From Candidatus Aminicenantes bacterium (GTDB lineage: Bacteria > Acidobacteriota > Aminicenantia > Aminicenantales > JAFGBC01): a DNA stretch of 64,000 bases. The translations under genes and the position numbers were made by a program. The notes under the pieces were generated by a model, which worked only from the letters and a program-made list of their open reading frames with translations, ran no database searches and was not told where the DNA came from. The DNA is taken from contig OY969696.1 in assembly GCA_963702005.1 (NCBI GenBank), positions 3,232,001 through 3,296,000 of the forward strand, given 5' to 3'. This document shows positions 16,876-24,910 of this stretch, one piece after another. The stretch's first letter is position 1. Every line of letters begins with the position of its first letter.

Positions 16876-17298
16876 ATGACAAAAAAAGCCCCGGCCAAGA
16901 GTTCTTCCAAGAAGACGAGCCTGCTCGTCGACGATTCCCTTCACAACCGACGGCGAGAGTGGCGCCTCGACCTTCCCTTGGTGGTCGTCGTTGAAGGCAA
17001 GCTCCCCCGCGGCAACAAATTCCGCGAGCCGACCCAGCTCGAAAACATCAGCTCGGGCGGGGCTTATTTCTGTCTCGATTCGGGGATCATCGTCGGGTCC
17101 AAGCTCAACCTCGTCATCGACCTTCCCAAAAGGATGACCAAAGGGAGACGGGTCAAGCTCATGGTCGGCGGGACCACGGTCCGGCTCGAAGACGTCGGTA
17201 AAATGGTCAAAAAGCAGGGTGTCGCCGTCCGTTTTTTTAAACGTTATCGGTTCCTGCCTCCCAACCCCTCCTCCCCTCCCAAGCGGGCGGGAGGCTAG
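16876..17298 (+). CDS. PilZ-domain protein (intact c-di-GMP motifs)
   Basis: NRRREWR (RxxxR) and NISSGG (D/NxSxxG). Confidence 0.85.
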   Translation: MTKKAPAKSSSKKTSLLVDDSLHNRRREWRLDLPLVVVVEGKLPRGNKFREPTQLENISSGGAYFCLDSGIIVGSKLNLVIDLPKRMTKGRRVKLMVGGTTVRLEDVGKMVKKQGVAVRFFKRYRFLPPNPSSPPKRAGG

Positions 17299-17303
17299 GG
17301 ACC

Positions 17304-18047
17304 GTGCTGACCGTCGCGCTTACGGGAGGAATCGCCAGCGGAAAATCCGTCGTCGCTTCCATCCTGGGCGACCTCGGCTGCTTCATTCATACGGCCGACG
17401 CCGTCGCCCGCGAGCTCATGGCGCCGGGAGGGCCGGCCTTCGCCAAGGTCGTGGCCCGCTTCGGCCCGTCCATTCTCGCCCTCGACGGGTCGATCGACCG
17501 CGCCCGGCTGGGGGCCGTCGTTTTCGCCGACGCCTCGGCCCGGGCCGCCCTCAACGCCATCGTCCATCCGCTCGTGCTGGCAAAAAAAAAGAAGGTCATG
17601 GCCGCCCTCGAGCGGGACGGCCGCACCTCCATCTACGTTTCCGAGGCCGCCTTGACCGTCGAGGCGGGATTCCAGGCTTACTTCGATACGGTCGTCGTCA
17701 CGACCTGCCGGCCCGAGATTCAGCTCCGCCGGCTCATGGACCGAGATGGGATCGGCGAGGAGGAGGCCCTCCGCAAGATCCGCTCCCAGATGCCGGCCGG
17801 GGAGAAAGTCAAGTTCGCCGATCACGTCATCGACACGTCGGGGAGCTTGGCCGAAACGGTCGAGCGGACGGAGGAAGTCTGGCGGGCCCTGGTTCAAGCC
17901 GCCGCTCTCAAGGAAAAGCCTAAGCGCGCAGGGCGGCCGCAAAGAGAGGGATCAGCAGCTCGTGGGGCCCGACAAAGTAAAACCCCCGGCCCTTCTCGCC
18001 GACGGGGCGGCGGACGACGTTCTGGTAGGGCCGGTAGTGATGGATGA
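17304..18047 (+). CDS. coaE: Dephospho-CoA kinase
   Basis: ALTGGIASGKS P-loop, IDR..LG..VF, LN.IVHP, SQMP and AD.VID motifs. The C-terminal tail overlaps the convergent gene. Confidence 0.93.
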   Translation: MLTVALTGGIASGKSVVASILGDLGCFIHTADAVARELMAPGGPAFAKVVARFGPSILALDGSIDRARLGAVVFADASARAALNAIVHPLVLAKKKKVMAALERDGRTSIYVSEAALTVEAGFQAYFDTVVVTTCRPEIQLRRLMDRDGIGEEEALRKIRSQMPAGEKVKFADHVIDTSGSLAETVERTEEVWRALVQAAALKEKPKRAGRPQREGSAARGARQSKTPGPSRRRGGGRRSGRAGSDG

Positions 18048-18984
18048 AATCGAAGACGGCCGTTGAGAAATTCTCGACCTTGGTCCCTTTGTTCCGGACG
18101 TAGTTGAGAGCTTTGAGAAAGACCTCGGGCAGGATGACGGCCGAGCCGGCGTTGATGAAGACGCCACCCTCCCCCAGCCCCTCCAGGATGCCGCAGAGCA
18201 GGAAGAAATCCTGAAGAGACGTCTTCCCCAGCGCCTCCCCGCTCGCTTGGGGATGGACATGGATCGTGTCCGTTCCGAGCGCGACGTGGACGGTCGCCGG
18301 AATGCCCTGGCGCTGGGCGGCCGCGAGCAGGCTGAGATCTTTGTGCGGGAAATCGGAGGCGGCGATCATCCGCCCGACGGCTTCGCCCAGACCGAGCCCG
18401 GCCCGGGCGCCTTCGTTGATGGCGCGGTTGATGAGCTCGCCCGTCTCCCGGGCCATCCCGAACCGGCCGTCCCGGATCCGGTCCTCGACGTCCTCCGAGG
18501 TTTGGCCGGCGAAGGCGATCTCGAAATCGTGGATGACGCCTGCGCCGTTGAGGACGAGGGCCGTGATCCAGCCTTCCCGGATGAGGTCGATCAGGACGGG
18601 GCTCAGGCCGACCTTGATGACGTGGGCGCCCATTCCGAAAACGACGGCCCGCTCCCGGCTCCGGGCGCTCCGGACCAGACCGCAGAACTCACGGAGGTCC
18701 TTGGCGGACAGGAAGTCGGGAAGGTTGGAGAGGAAACGGCCGACCGTGTCCTGGGAGGTCGAGGAGCGGGCGAACTGCCCGACATGAACCTTGCTCGGCC
18801 GCGAGCGAAGGGAATAGGTCTTTAATCCCTGGCGGGCGGGCGGGCGGACCACGGCCCCGCTTTGGGTCTGAAGGCTCGACTCCGTTCGGCCCTTGTTCGA
18901 GGCGCCGCGGCGCCGCCGGATAGTCTTGGTGGTCTTCGTAGTCTTGGGCATGGTCGGGATCGGACGGCCCGGGTCGGCCGTCAC
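17920..18984 (-). CDS. Conserved hypothetical protein, deoxyhypusine-synthase-related fold
   Basis: GAHVIKVGL, NGAG.IHDFE, G.TSEDV, G.FGMA.ETG, HVALGTD, GSAVILPEVFLKA and G.HE motifs. GTGA overlap with the HU/IHF stop. Confidence 0.7.
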   Translation of the reverse strand: MTADPGRPIPTMPKTTKTTKTIRRRRGASNKGRTESSLQTQSGAVVRPPARQGLKTYSLRSRPSKVHVGQFARSSTSQDTVGRFLSNLPDFLSAKDLREFCGLVRSARSRERAVVFGMGAHVIKVGLSPVLIDLIREGWITALVLNGAGVIHDFEIAFAGQTSEDVEDRIRDGRFGMARETGELINRAINEGARAGLGLGEAVGRMIAASDFPHKDLSLLAAAQRQGIPATVHVALGTDTIHVHPQASGEALGKTSLQDFFLLCGILEGLGEGGVFINAGSAVILPEVFLKALNYVRNKGTKVENFSTAVFDFIHHYRPYQNVVRRPVGEKGRGFYFVGPHELLIPLFAAALRA

Positions 18985-19256
18985 TTGTTGGCCAGGTGCT
19001 TGAGGTCCTGGCCGGAGCGGAATTTTACGCGCCGGCCTTCGGCGATCTTGATCTGTTTACGGCGGCGGATGTCGCGGCCGAAGCCCGTCTTCTTGGCCAC
19101 GACCTTGAAACTGCCGAACCCCCGGATCTCGATTTTCTCGGACGCGGCCAGCGCGCGCTTGAGGGCGTCGAGGATGGTCTCCACGATCTGCAAAGACTTG
19201 GCCCTGTTCAATTCGGTCTTCTTCTCAATTACAAGGGCGATGTCGTTCTTGATCAT
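18981..19256 (-). CDS. HU/IHF-family DNA-binding protein
   Basis: M.K.DI...; E.IEIRGFGSF; VKFR.G..LK. Confidence 0.92.
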   Translation of the reverse strand: MIKNDIALVIEKKTELNRAKSLQIVETILDALKRALAASEKIEIRGFGSFKVVAKKTGFGRDIRRRKQIKIAEGRRVKFRSGQDLKHLANK

Positions 19257-19335
19257 GGGAGAACTCCTCTGCTCCGCAAAACGTAGGCACATAATAATTA
19301 AACAAACACCCTAGAAAAGTCAACCCCTCGACACC

Positions 19336-19363
19336 CATACTAAGCCGTTTTCGGCTTAGTATG
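19336..19363. repeat. Perfect 12-bp inverted repeat
   Basis: CATACTAAGCCG-TTTT-CGGCTTAGTATG in the divergent HU/nfeD spacer. Confidence 0.8.
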
Positions 19364-19465
19364 AGTACTGCAAGGCTGGGTAGCGTCGGCGAACGGGTCA
19401 AGATCGCCGCCGTTTCGGCGCGGTCGCGTCGGCAGGCGCGGAGGAGACAGACCGGGCGTTATCGG

Positions 19466-19494
19466 TTGACTTGAGATCGGGACCTTTCTATAAT
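19466..19494 (+). promoter_or_regulatory. sigma70 promoter of the nfeD operon
   Basis: TTGACT-N17-TATAAT, 9 nt before GTG 19504. Confidence 0.7.
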
Positions 19495-19503
19495 CAAAGC
19501 AAG

Positions 19504-20781
19504 GTGAAAAAGTTTCCGCTCCTTTGGCTGTGGCTGGCGTCCGCCTCGACGCTTTCAGCGGGGACGGTCCTCCGCCTCGACGTCCAAGCGCCCATTCATC
19601 CCATCAGCTCGGAGTACATCCGAAACGGCATCGCCCGGGCCGAGCGCGACGGCGCCGCCCTCATCATCCTCCGCCTCAACACCCCGGGCGGGTTGGACTC
19701 GTCGATGCGCGAGATCATCGAACGAATCCTGGCCTCGCGCGTCCCGGTCGCTGCCTACGTGAGCCCGAGCGGGGCCCGGTCGGCCTCGGCCGGCTTCTTC
19801 ATCGGCGTCGCCTGCGATCTGTTCGTCATGGCGCCGGGAACGAACACGGGGGCCGCCCATCCGGTCGGGATCGGGATCGGCGGCCAGGCCATGGACAAGA
19901 CCACGGAGGACAAGATCACCCATGACGCGGCCTCCTACATTAAAACCCTGGCCGAACGGCGCGGCCGGAATGTCAAGATGGCCGAGGACGCCGTTCGCAA
20001 CAGCTTGTCCTACACGGAGAAAGAGGCCCTGGCCGGCAAGCTGATCGATTTCATCGCCGCCGACGAGGCCGAGCTCCTGGCCCGCCTGGACGGTAAAACG
20101 GTTCGGCTCTTCAACGGCGAAGAGCGGACCCTCGGCCTCAAGGACGCCCGGATCGTGGACCTGCCCATGTCGTTCCGGCAGAGGTTTCTGATCACGATAT
20201 CGAACCCCAATTTAGCCTACATCCTGCTCATGCTGGGACTGCTCGGCCTCTACTTCGAGTTCGCGAACCCGGGCGCCATCCTGCCCGGGGTATTTGGCGG
20301 CATCAGCCTGCTCCTGGCCATCTTCGCCTTCCAGATCCTGCCCATCAACTACGTCGGCCTTCTTCTCATCCTGCTGGCCGTCGCCTTTTTCGTCCTCGAA
20401 GTCAAGGTCCACAGCTACGGACTGCTGTCGGTGGGAGGAATCGCCGCCATGGTCATCGGATCGCTCATGCTCATCAACGCCCCCATCCCGGAAATGAAGC
20501 CGAGCCTGAGCATAATCATTCCGGTCGCCCTGAGCGTGTCGGCGATCGTCATCTTTCTCGTCTTTCTCGTCGTCCGCGCCCACCTCCGGCGGGCCGTCAC
20601 CGGTCGCGAGGGGCTGCTGGGCGAGATCGGGGAAACCCGGACCGAACTCTCTCCCGAAGGCCGGGTCTTCGTCCACGGCGAAATCTGGAACGCGGTGGCC
20701 GACCGGCCGCTGGCCAAGGGCGTCAAAGTCAAAGTCATCGAAGTCCTGGATCATCTCAAGGTCCGGGTGACCGAAATTTAG
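19504..20781 (+). CDS. nfeD: NfeD-family membrane-bound serine protease (ClpP class)
   Basis: LNTPGG, A.SAG, MAPGTN.GAAHP, TM region and C-terminal OB fold (G.V.V.GE.W.A); adjacent to a slipin gene. Confidence 0.93.
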   Translation: MKKFPLLWLWLASASTLSAGTVLRLDVQAPIHPISSEYIRNGIARAERDGAALIILRLNTPGGLDSSMREIIERILASRVPVAAYVSPSGARSASAGFFIGVACDLFVMAPGTNTGAAHPVGIGIGGQAMDKTTEDKITHDAASYIKTLAERRGRNVKMAEDAVRNSLSYTEKEALAGKLIDFIAADEAELLARLDGKTVRLFNGEERTLGLKDARIVDLPMSFRQRFLITISNPNLAYILLMLGLLGLYFEFANPGAILPGVFGGISLLLAIFAFQILPINYVGLLLILLAVAFFVLEVKVHSYGLLSVGGIAAMVIGSLMLINAPIPEMKPSLSIIIPVALSVSAIVIFLVFLVVRAHLRRAVTGREGLLGEIGETRTELSPEGRVFVHGEIWNAVADRPLAKGVKVKVIEVLDHLKVRVTEI

Positions 20782-20802
20782 GGCCGAAAAAGGAGGCATG
20801 TC

Positions 20803-21558
20803 ATGGTCTTTTGGCCGCTGTGGATCGTCGGGTTTTTCGTTCTTTATATTCTCAATTCGATCAAAATCCTGAGGGAGTACGAGCGGGGCGTCATCTTCCG
20901 TCTCGGCCGCGTCCTGCCCAAGCCCAAGGGGCCGGGCATCATCCTCGTTTTCTCGCCGATCGACCGCATTGTCAGGATCAGCCTGCGGCTCATCACGATG
21001 GACGTCCCGCCGCAGGACGTCATCACCAAGGACAACGTCACGGTGAAGGTCAACGCCGTGCTCTACTTCAGGGTCATCGACCCGCTCAAGTGTGTGATCG
21101 AGGTCCAGGATTACATCTACGCCACGTCCCAGCTGGCCCAGACGACCCTGCGCAGCCTCCTCGGTCAGGTCCCGCTCGACGACCTTCTCTCGGAGCGGGA
21201 CAAGTTGAACGCCCGCCTCCAGGAGATCATCGAGCAGCACACCGACCCCTGGGGCATCAAGGTCCAGCTCGTCGAGATGAAACAGGTCGACCTGCCGGAG
21301 AACATGATCCGGGCCATCGCCAAGCAGGCCGAGGCCGAGCGCGAACGGCGGGCCAAGGTCATCCACGCGGACGGCGAATTCCAGGCCGCCGACAAGCTGG
21401 TCCAGGCCGCCGACATCATTTCCCGCAACCCCCAGGCCCTCCAGCTCCGCTTCCTCAGCACCCTGACCGAGATCGCGACCGAGAAGAATTCGACGATCAT
21501 TTTCCCGCTTCCCCTCGAACTCCTCAGGGCCTTCACATTTGACAAAAAGGATAAATAG
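20803..21558 (+). CDS. SPFH/stomatin-like (slipin) protein
   Basis: [41 protein letters not shown] and LQLR motifs. Confidence 0.95.
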   Translation: MVFWPLWIVGFFVLYILNSIKILREYERGVIFRLGRVLPKPKGPGIILVFSPIDRIVRISLRLITMDVPPQDVITKDNVTVKVNAVLYFRVIDPLKCVIEVQDYIYATSQLAQTTLRSLLGQVPLDDLLSERDKLNARLQEIIEQHTDPWGIKVQLVEMKQVDLPENMIRAIAKQAEAERERRAKVIHADGEFQAADKLVQAADIISRNPQALQLRFLSTLTEIATEKNSTIIFPLPLELLRAFTFDKKDK

Positions 21559-21576
21559 AAGTAGATAGAAAGTGAT

Positions 21577-22251
21577 ATGAGCAACAAGGACTACCGCGAG
21601 CTTCAGGTCTCGAGCTCCCATCTCGTCGTCATCTTCATCGGCATCCTGATCATCTGCGGGATCAGCTTTCTGCTCGGCGTCAACGTCGGGAAGAAGAAAA
21701 CCCAGCTCCAGGGCCAGACTTCCCTCCCCTCCCCCCAGGTCTTGTCCAAGGTCCAGGACCAGAAACCGGAGCCGAAACAGGCCGGGCCATCCTTGAAACC
21801 GGAGGCGGCTCCGGGCCGGACCTCCAAGCCGGCTTCGGAACAAGCCGGAGAAAGCGGCGGGGCCAAAACGCCCTCCCAGGCCAAGGAACCCGCTCCGGGA
21901 CCCGCTTCCAAAACCATCGAGTCCGCGAAGCCAAAGCCGGCCCCCACGAAGCCGGCGACCGCGTCGCCGACGACGTCTTCAAAAATAACCCCGCCCCCCC
22001 TGACGGCGGCCAAGGGGACCTTTTCCATCCAGGTCGCCGCGTTCGAGAAGCGCGAGGACGCCCTTCAAGCCGCCAAGAAATTCGACGGCCAGGGCTATAT
22101 CTGCCGCGTCCTCGACCCCTTCCCCGGCGACCGGATCAAATACTACCGAGTCAGGATCGGCGCTTTCAAGACCCGAGATGAAGCTCTGGCCGCCCGAAAT
22201 AAGTTTCTGACGACCGGACACAAGAGCGATTATTTCGTGGTCCAGAATTGA
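21577..22251 (+). CDS. SPOR-domain cell-division protein (FtsN/DedD-like)
   Basis: Single TM helix, Pro/Ala-rich linker, C-terminal F.IQVAAF...YRVRIG.F SPOR domain. Confidence 0.85.
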   Translation: MSNKDYRELQVSSSHLVVIFIGILIICGISFLLGVNVGKKKTQLQGQTSLPSPQVLSKVQDQKPEPKQAGPSLKPEAAPGRTSKPASEQAGESGGAKTPSQAKEPAPGPASKTIESAKPKPAPTKPATASPTTSSKITPPPLTAAKGTFSIQVAAFEKREDALQAAKKFDGQGYICRVLDPFPGDRIKYYRVRIGAFKTRDEALAARNKFLTTGHKSDYFVVQN

Positions 22252-23783
22252 GGCGGTCGGCGATCCTCCTTTCTCTGCTCGGCGGCGCCCTGACCGCGCT
22301 CAGCTTTCCCAAATTCGGCCTGTCCTTCCTGGCCTGGATCTCGCTTATCCCATTCTTCTTCGCCCTCCAAGGACGCCGACCCCGCTCCGCCTTCGGCCTG
22401 GGCCTCGCCGCCGGCGCCGTCTTCTACGGAATCCTGCTCTACTGGATCCCGGACGTCCCGGCCCACTACGGGAACATGTCCAAGGGCTTGAGCTTTCTCA
22501 TCTACATCATTCTCATCATCTTCCTCGGCCTCTTCTGGGGATTGTTCTCTTCCGTCTATGCCGTCGCGGGCCGCGCCTTCCCCCGCTGGGCTTGGCTCCT
22601 CGCCCCTATCATCTGGACCGGGTCCGAATTCATCCTGAGCCGTTTCTTGACGGGGTTCCCTTGGGGGATCCTCGGGACGAGCCAATACCAAAATCTCCCC
22701 CTGATCCAGGTCGCGACCCTGACCGGGGTCTATGGGATCTCCTTCGCCCTCGTTCTATTCCAGGCGTCCTTCGTCCACTCCATAAGATACGCCGTCCGCG
22801 CCCCCTTCTTCGTAGGATTGATTGTCCTGACCGGCCTGCATCTCGCCGGAACTTTGAGCCTGAAAGAGACGCCGCGCGGACCGGAAGCGTTCACGGCGGC
22901 GGTCATCCAGGGGAACGTCTCCTCCGACATCTACTGGGACGCCGTGCCCGAATCGGAAATCAGCGATCTCTTCAACCGCCATCTCGACCTGAGCCGCCGG
23001 GCCCGCGAAGCGGGCGCCGACCTCATCCTCTGGCCCGAGTTCAGCGTCCCCCTCTGCTTCAGCTGCCCAGGCCAGCCCTACCGGATGCTCTCCGACGGCG
23101 TCCGCGGTTTCGTGGCCGAGACCGGGGCCACCCTCGTGGTCGGCTCCAACGAGACGGGCGGAACGCCCCGGGACCCGACTTATTTCAACACGGCCCTCTG
23201 CCTGGGGCCCGACGGCTCCCAGTCCCAATATTATAAAATGCACCTCGTCCCCTTCGGCGAGTACACACCCTACAAGAGAGTCTTCGGCTTCATCGAAAAA
23301 ATGACCCACGCCATCGGGGACATCACGCCCGGCCGGGATCAGGTCCTCCACCGCTACAAGGGAATCCCGTTCGGGACGCCGATCTGCTACGAAATCGTTT
23401 TTCCCGACCTCGTCCGCCGTTTCGTCCGGAAGGGCGCCGCCTTTTTAGGCACGATCACCAACGACGGCTGGTACGGGAAGACCTCGGCGCCCAGCCAGCA
23501 CTTCGCCCAAGCCGTCCTTCGGGCCGTCGAAAACCGCCGCTTCCTGCTCCGGGCCGCCACGACCGGGATCAGCGGAATCATCGATCCCTACGGCCGGATC
23601 CTGGCCCGGAGCAAGCTCCTGACCCAGGACGTCCTGGTCGGCCGGGTCGTCCCCTCGACACGCCTGACTTTCTATAGCAGCTACGGCGACGCGTTCGCCG
23701 TCCTTTGCTTGACATTAGCCGGCCTCTCCCTTATCCTGGGGGTCCTCAAACACCGCCATGAGAGACGCCACGATCGAGTTTAA
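22248..23783 (+). CDS. lnt: Apolipoprotein N-acyltransferase
   Basis: GFPW, QGN, WPE, K.HLVPFGEY, ICYE, TNDGW and RAVEN motifs. Confidence 0.96.
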   Translation: MRRSAILLSLLGGALTALSFPKFGLSFLAWISLIPFFFALQGRRPRSAFGLGLAAGAVFYGILLYWIPDVPAHYGNMSKGLSFLIYIILIIFLGLFWGLFSSVYAVAGRAFPRWAWLLAPIIWTGSEFILSRFLTGFPWGILGTSQYQNLPLIQVATLTGVYGISFALVLFQASFVHSIRYAVRAPFFVGLIVLTGLHLAGTLSLKETPRGPEAFTAAVIQGNVSSDIYWDAVPESEISDLFNRHLDLSRRAREAGADLILWPEFSVPLCFSCPGQPYRMLSDGVRGFVAETGATLVVGSNETGGTPRDPTYFNTALCLGPDGSQSQYYKMHLVPFGEYTPYKRVFGFIEKMTHAIGDITPGRDQVLHRYKGIPFGTPICYEIVFPDLVRRFVRKGAAFLGTITNDGWYGKTSAPSQHFAQAVLRAVENRRFLLRAATTGISGIIDPYGRILARSKLLTQDVLVGRVVPSTRLTFYSSYGDAFAVLCLTLAGLSLILGVLKHRHERRHDRV

Positions 23784-24907
23784 GGCCAGGGTCGCGGAAT
23801 TCGAAGCGGCCTTCCAAAACCTCCTCATCAAGTACCAAGACGTCCGAGGTTTTCTTTGACGTCGACCGCAAGAGGTCCGAATCCGCATCCGTCCAGGAGG
23901 ATTTGACCAAACCCGAGGCCTGGCAGGACCAGAAGAAATTTCAGTCCCTCCAGCAGAAGAAGAAGCGCCTCGACCGAGAGCTCCAGTCCTTCGGCCGGCT
24001 CGAATCCAAGAAGCAGGACATCGAAGTTCTGTTCGAGCTGGGCCGGGAGGGCGAGCCGGTCGATGAGGACCTCGCCAAGTCCCTGGCCGAGTTCGGCCGG
24101 CGTCTCGATGAAGCCGAGCTCCAGTCCCTGTTCTTCGACGCCGACGACGCCCTCAACGCCATCCTGACCATCCACCCCGGAGCGGGCGGAACGGAGTCCC
24201 AGGACTGGGCCTCGATCCTGCTCCGGATGTATCTCCGCTACGCCGAACGCAAAGGCTACAAGTCCGAAATCCTCGACCATCAGCCGGGGGAAGAGGCCGG
24301 CCTCAAGAGCGTGACGGTCCGGGTCGAGGGCGACTACGCTTTTGGAAACCTGAGCCAGGAGTCGGGCGTCCATCGCCTGGTCCGGATCTCGCCCTTCGAC
24401 GCCAACAACCGCCGCCACACCTCCTTCGCGGCCGTCTTCGTCTACCCCGAGATCTCCGACGACATCGAGGTCGCCGTCAACCCCGATGACCTCCGGGTCG
24501 ACACCTACCGGTCCTCGGGCAAGGGCGGCCAGCATGTCAACACGACCGATTCGGCCGTCCGGATCACCCACCTGCCGACCGGCATCGTCGTCCAGTGCCA
24601 GAACGAGCGCTCCCAGCACAAGAACAAGGCCGTCGCCATGAAGATGCTCATGTCGCGGCTCCATGAGATCGAGAAGAAAAAGAAGCACGCCAAGATCGAA
24701 AAGATGGAGGACGCCAAGTCCGACATCGCCTGGGGGAACCAGATCCGCTCCTACGTCCTCCATCCCTACCGGCTCATCAAAGACCTCCGGACCCGGCTCG
24801 AGACGGGCGACGTCGACAAGATCCTCGACGGCGACCTGGACGATTTCATCAAGGCCGCCCTCGTCCAGAGAAAGAAAGAAACGATCGCGGCGGCCGGGGA
24901 GCGTTGA
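23758..24907 (+). CDS. prfB: Peptide chain release factor 2 (programmed +1 frameshift at 23854-23860)
   Basis: 33-codon first segment ending CTT TGA C; second frame carries SPF and GGQ motifs, GAGGTES.DW and WGNQIRSY. Confidence 0.97.
23846..23860 (+). other. RF2 programmed frameshift cassette
   Basis: Internal SD GAGGT, 3 nt, then CTT TGA C. Confidence 0.92.
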
Positions 24908-24910
24908 TCC

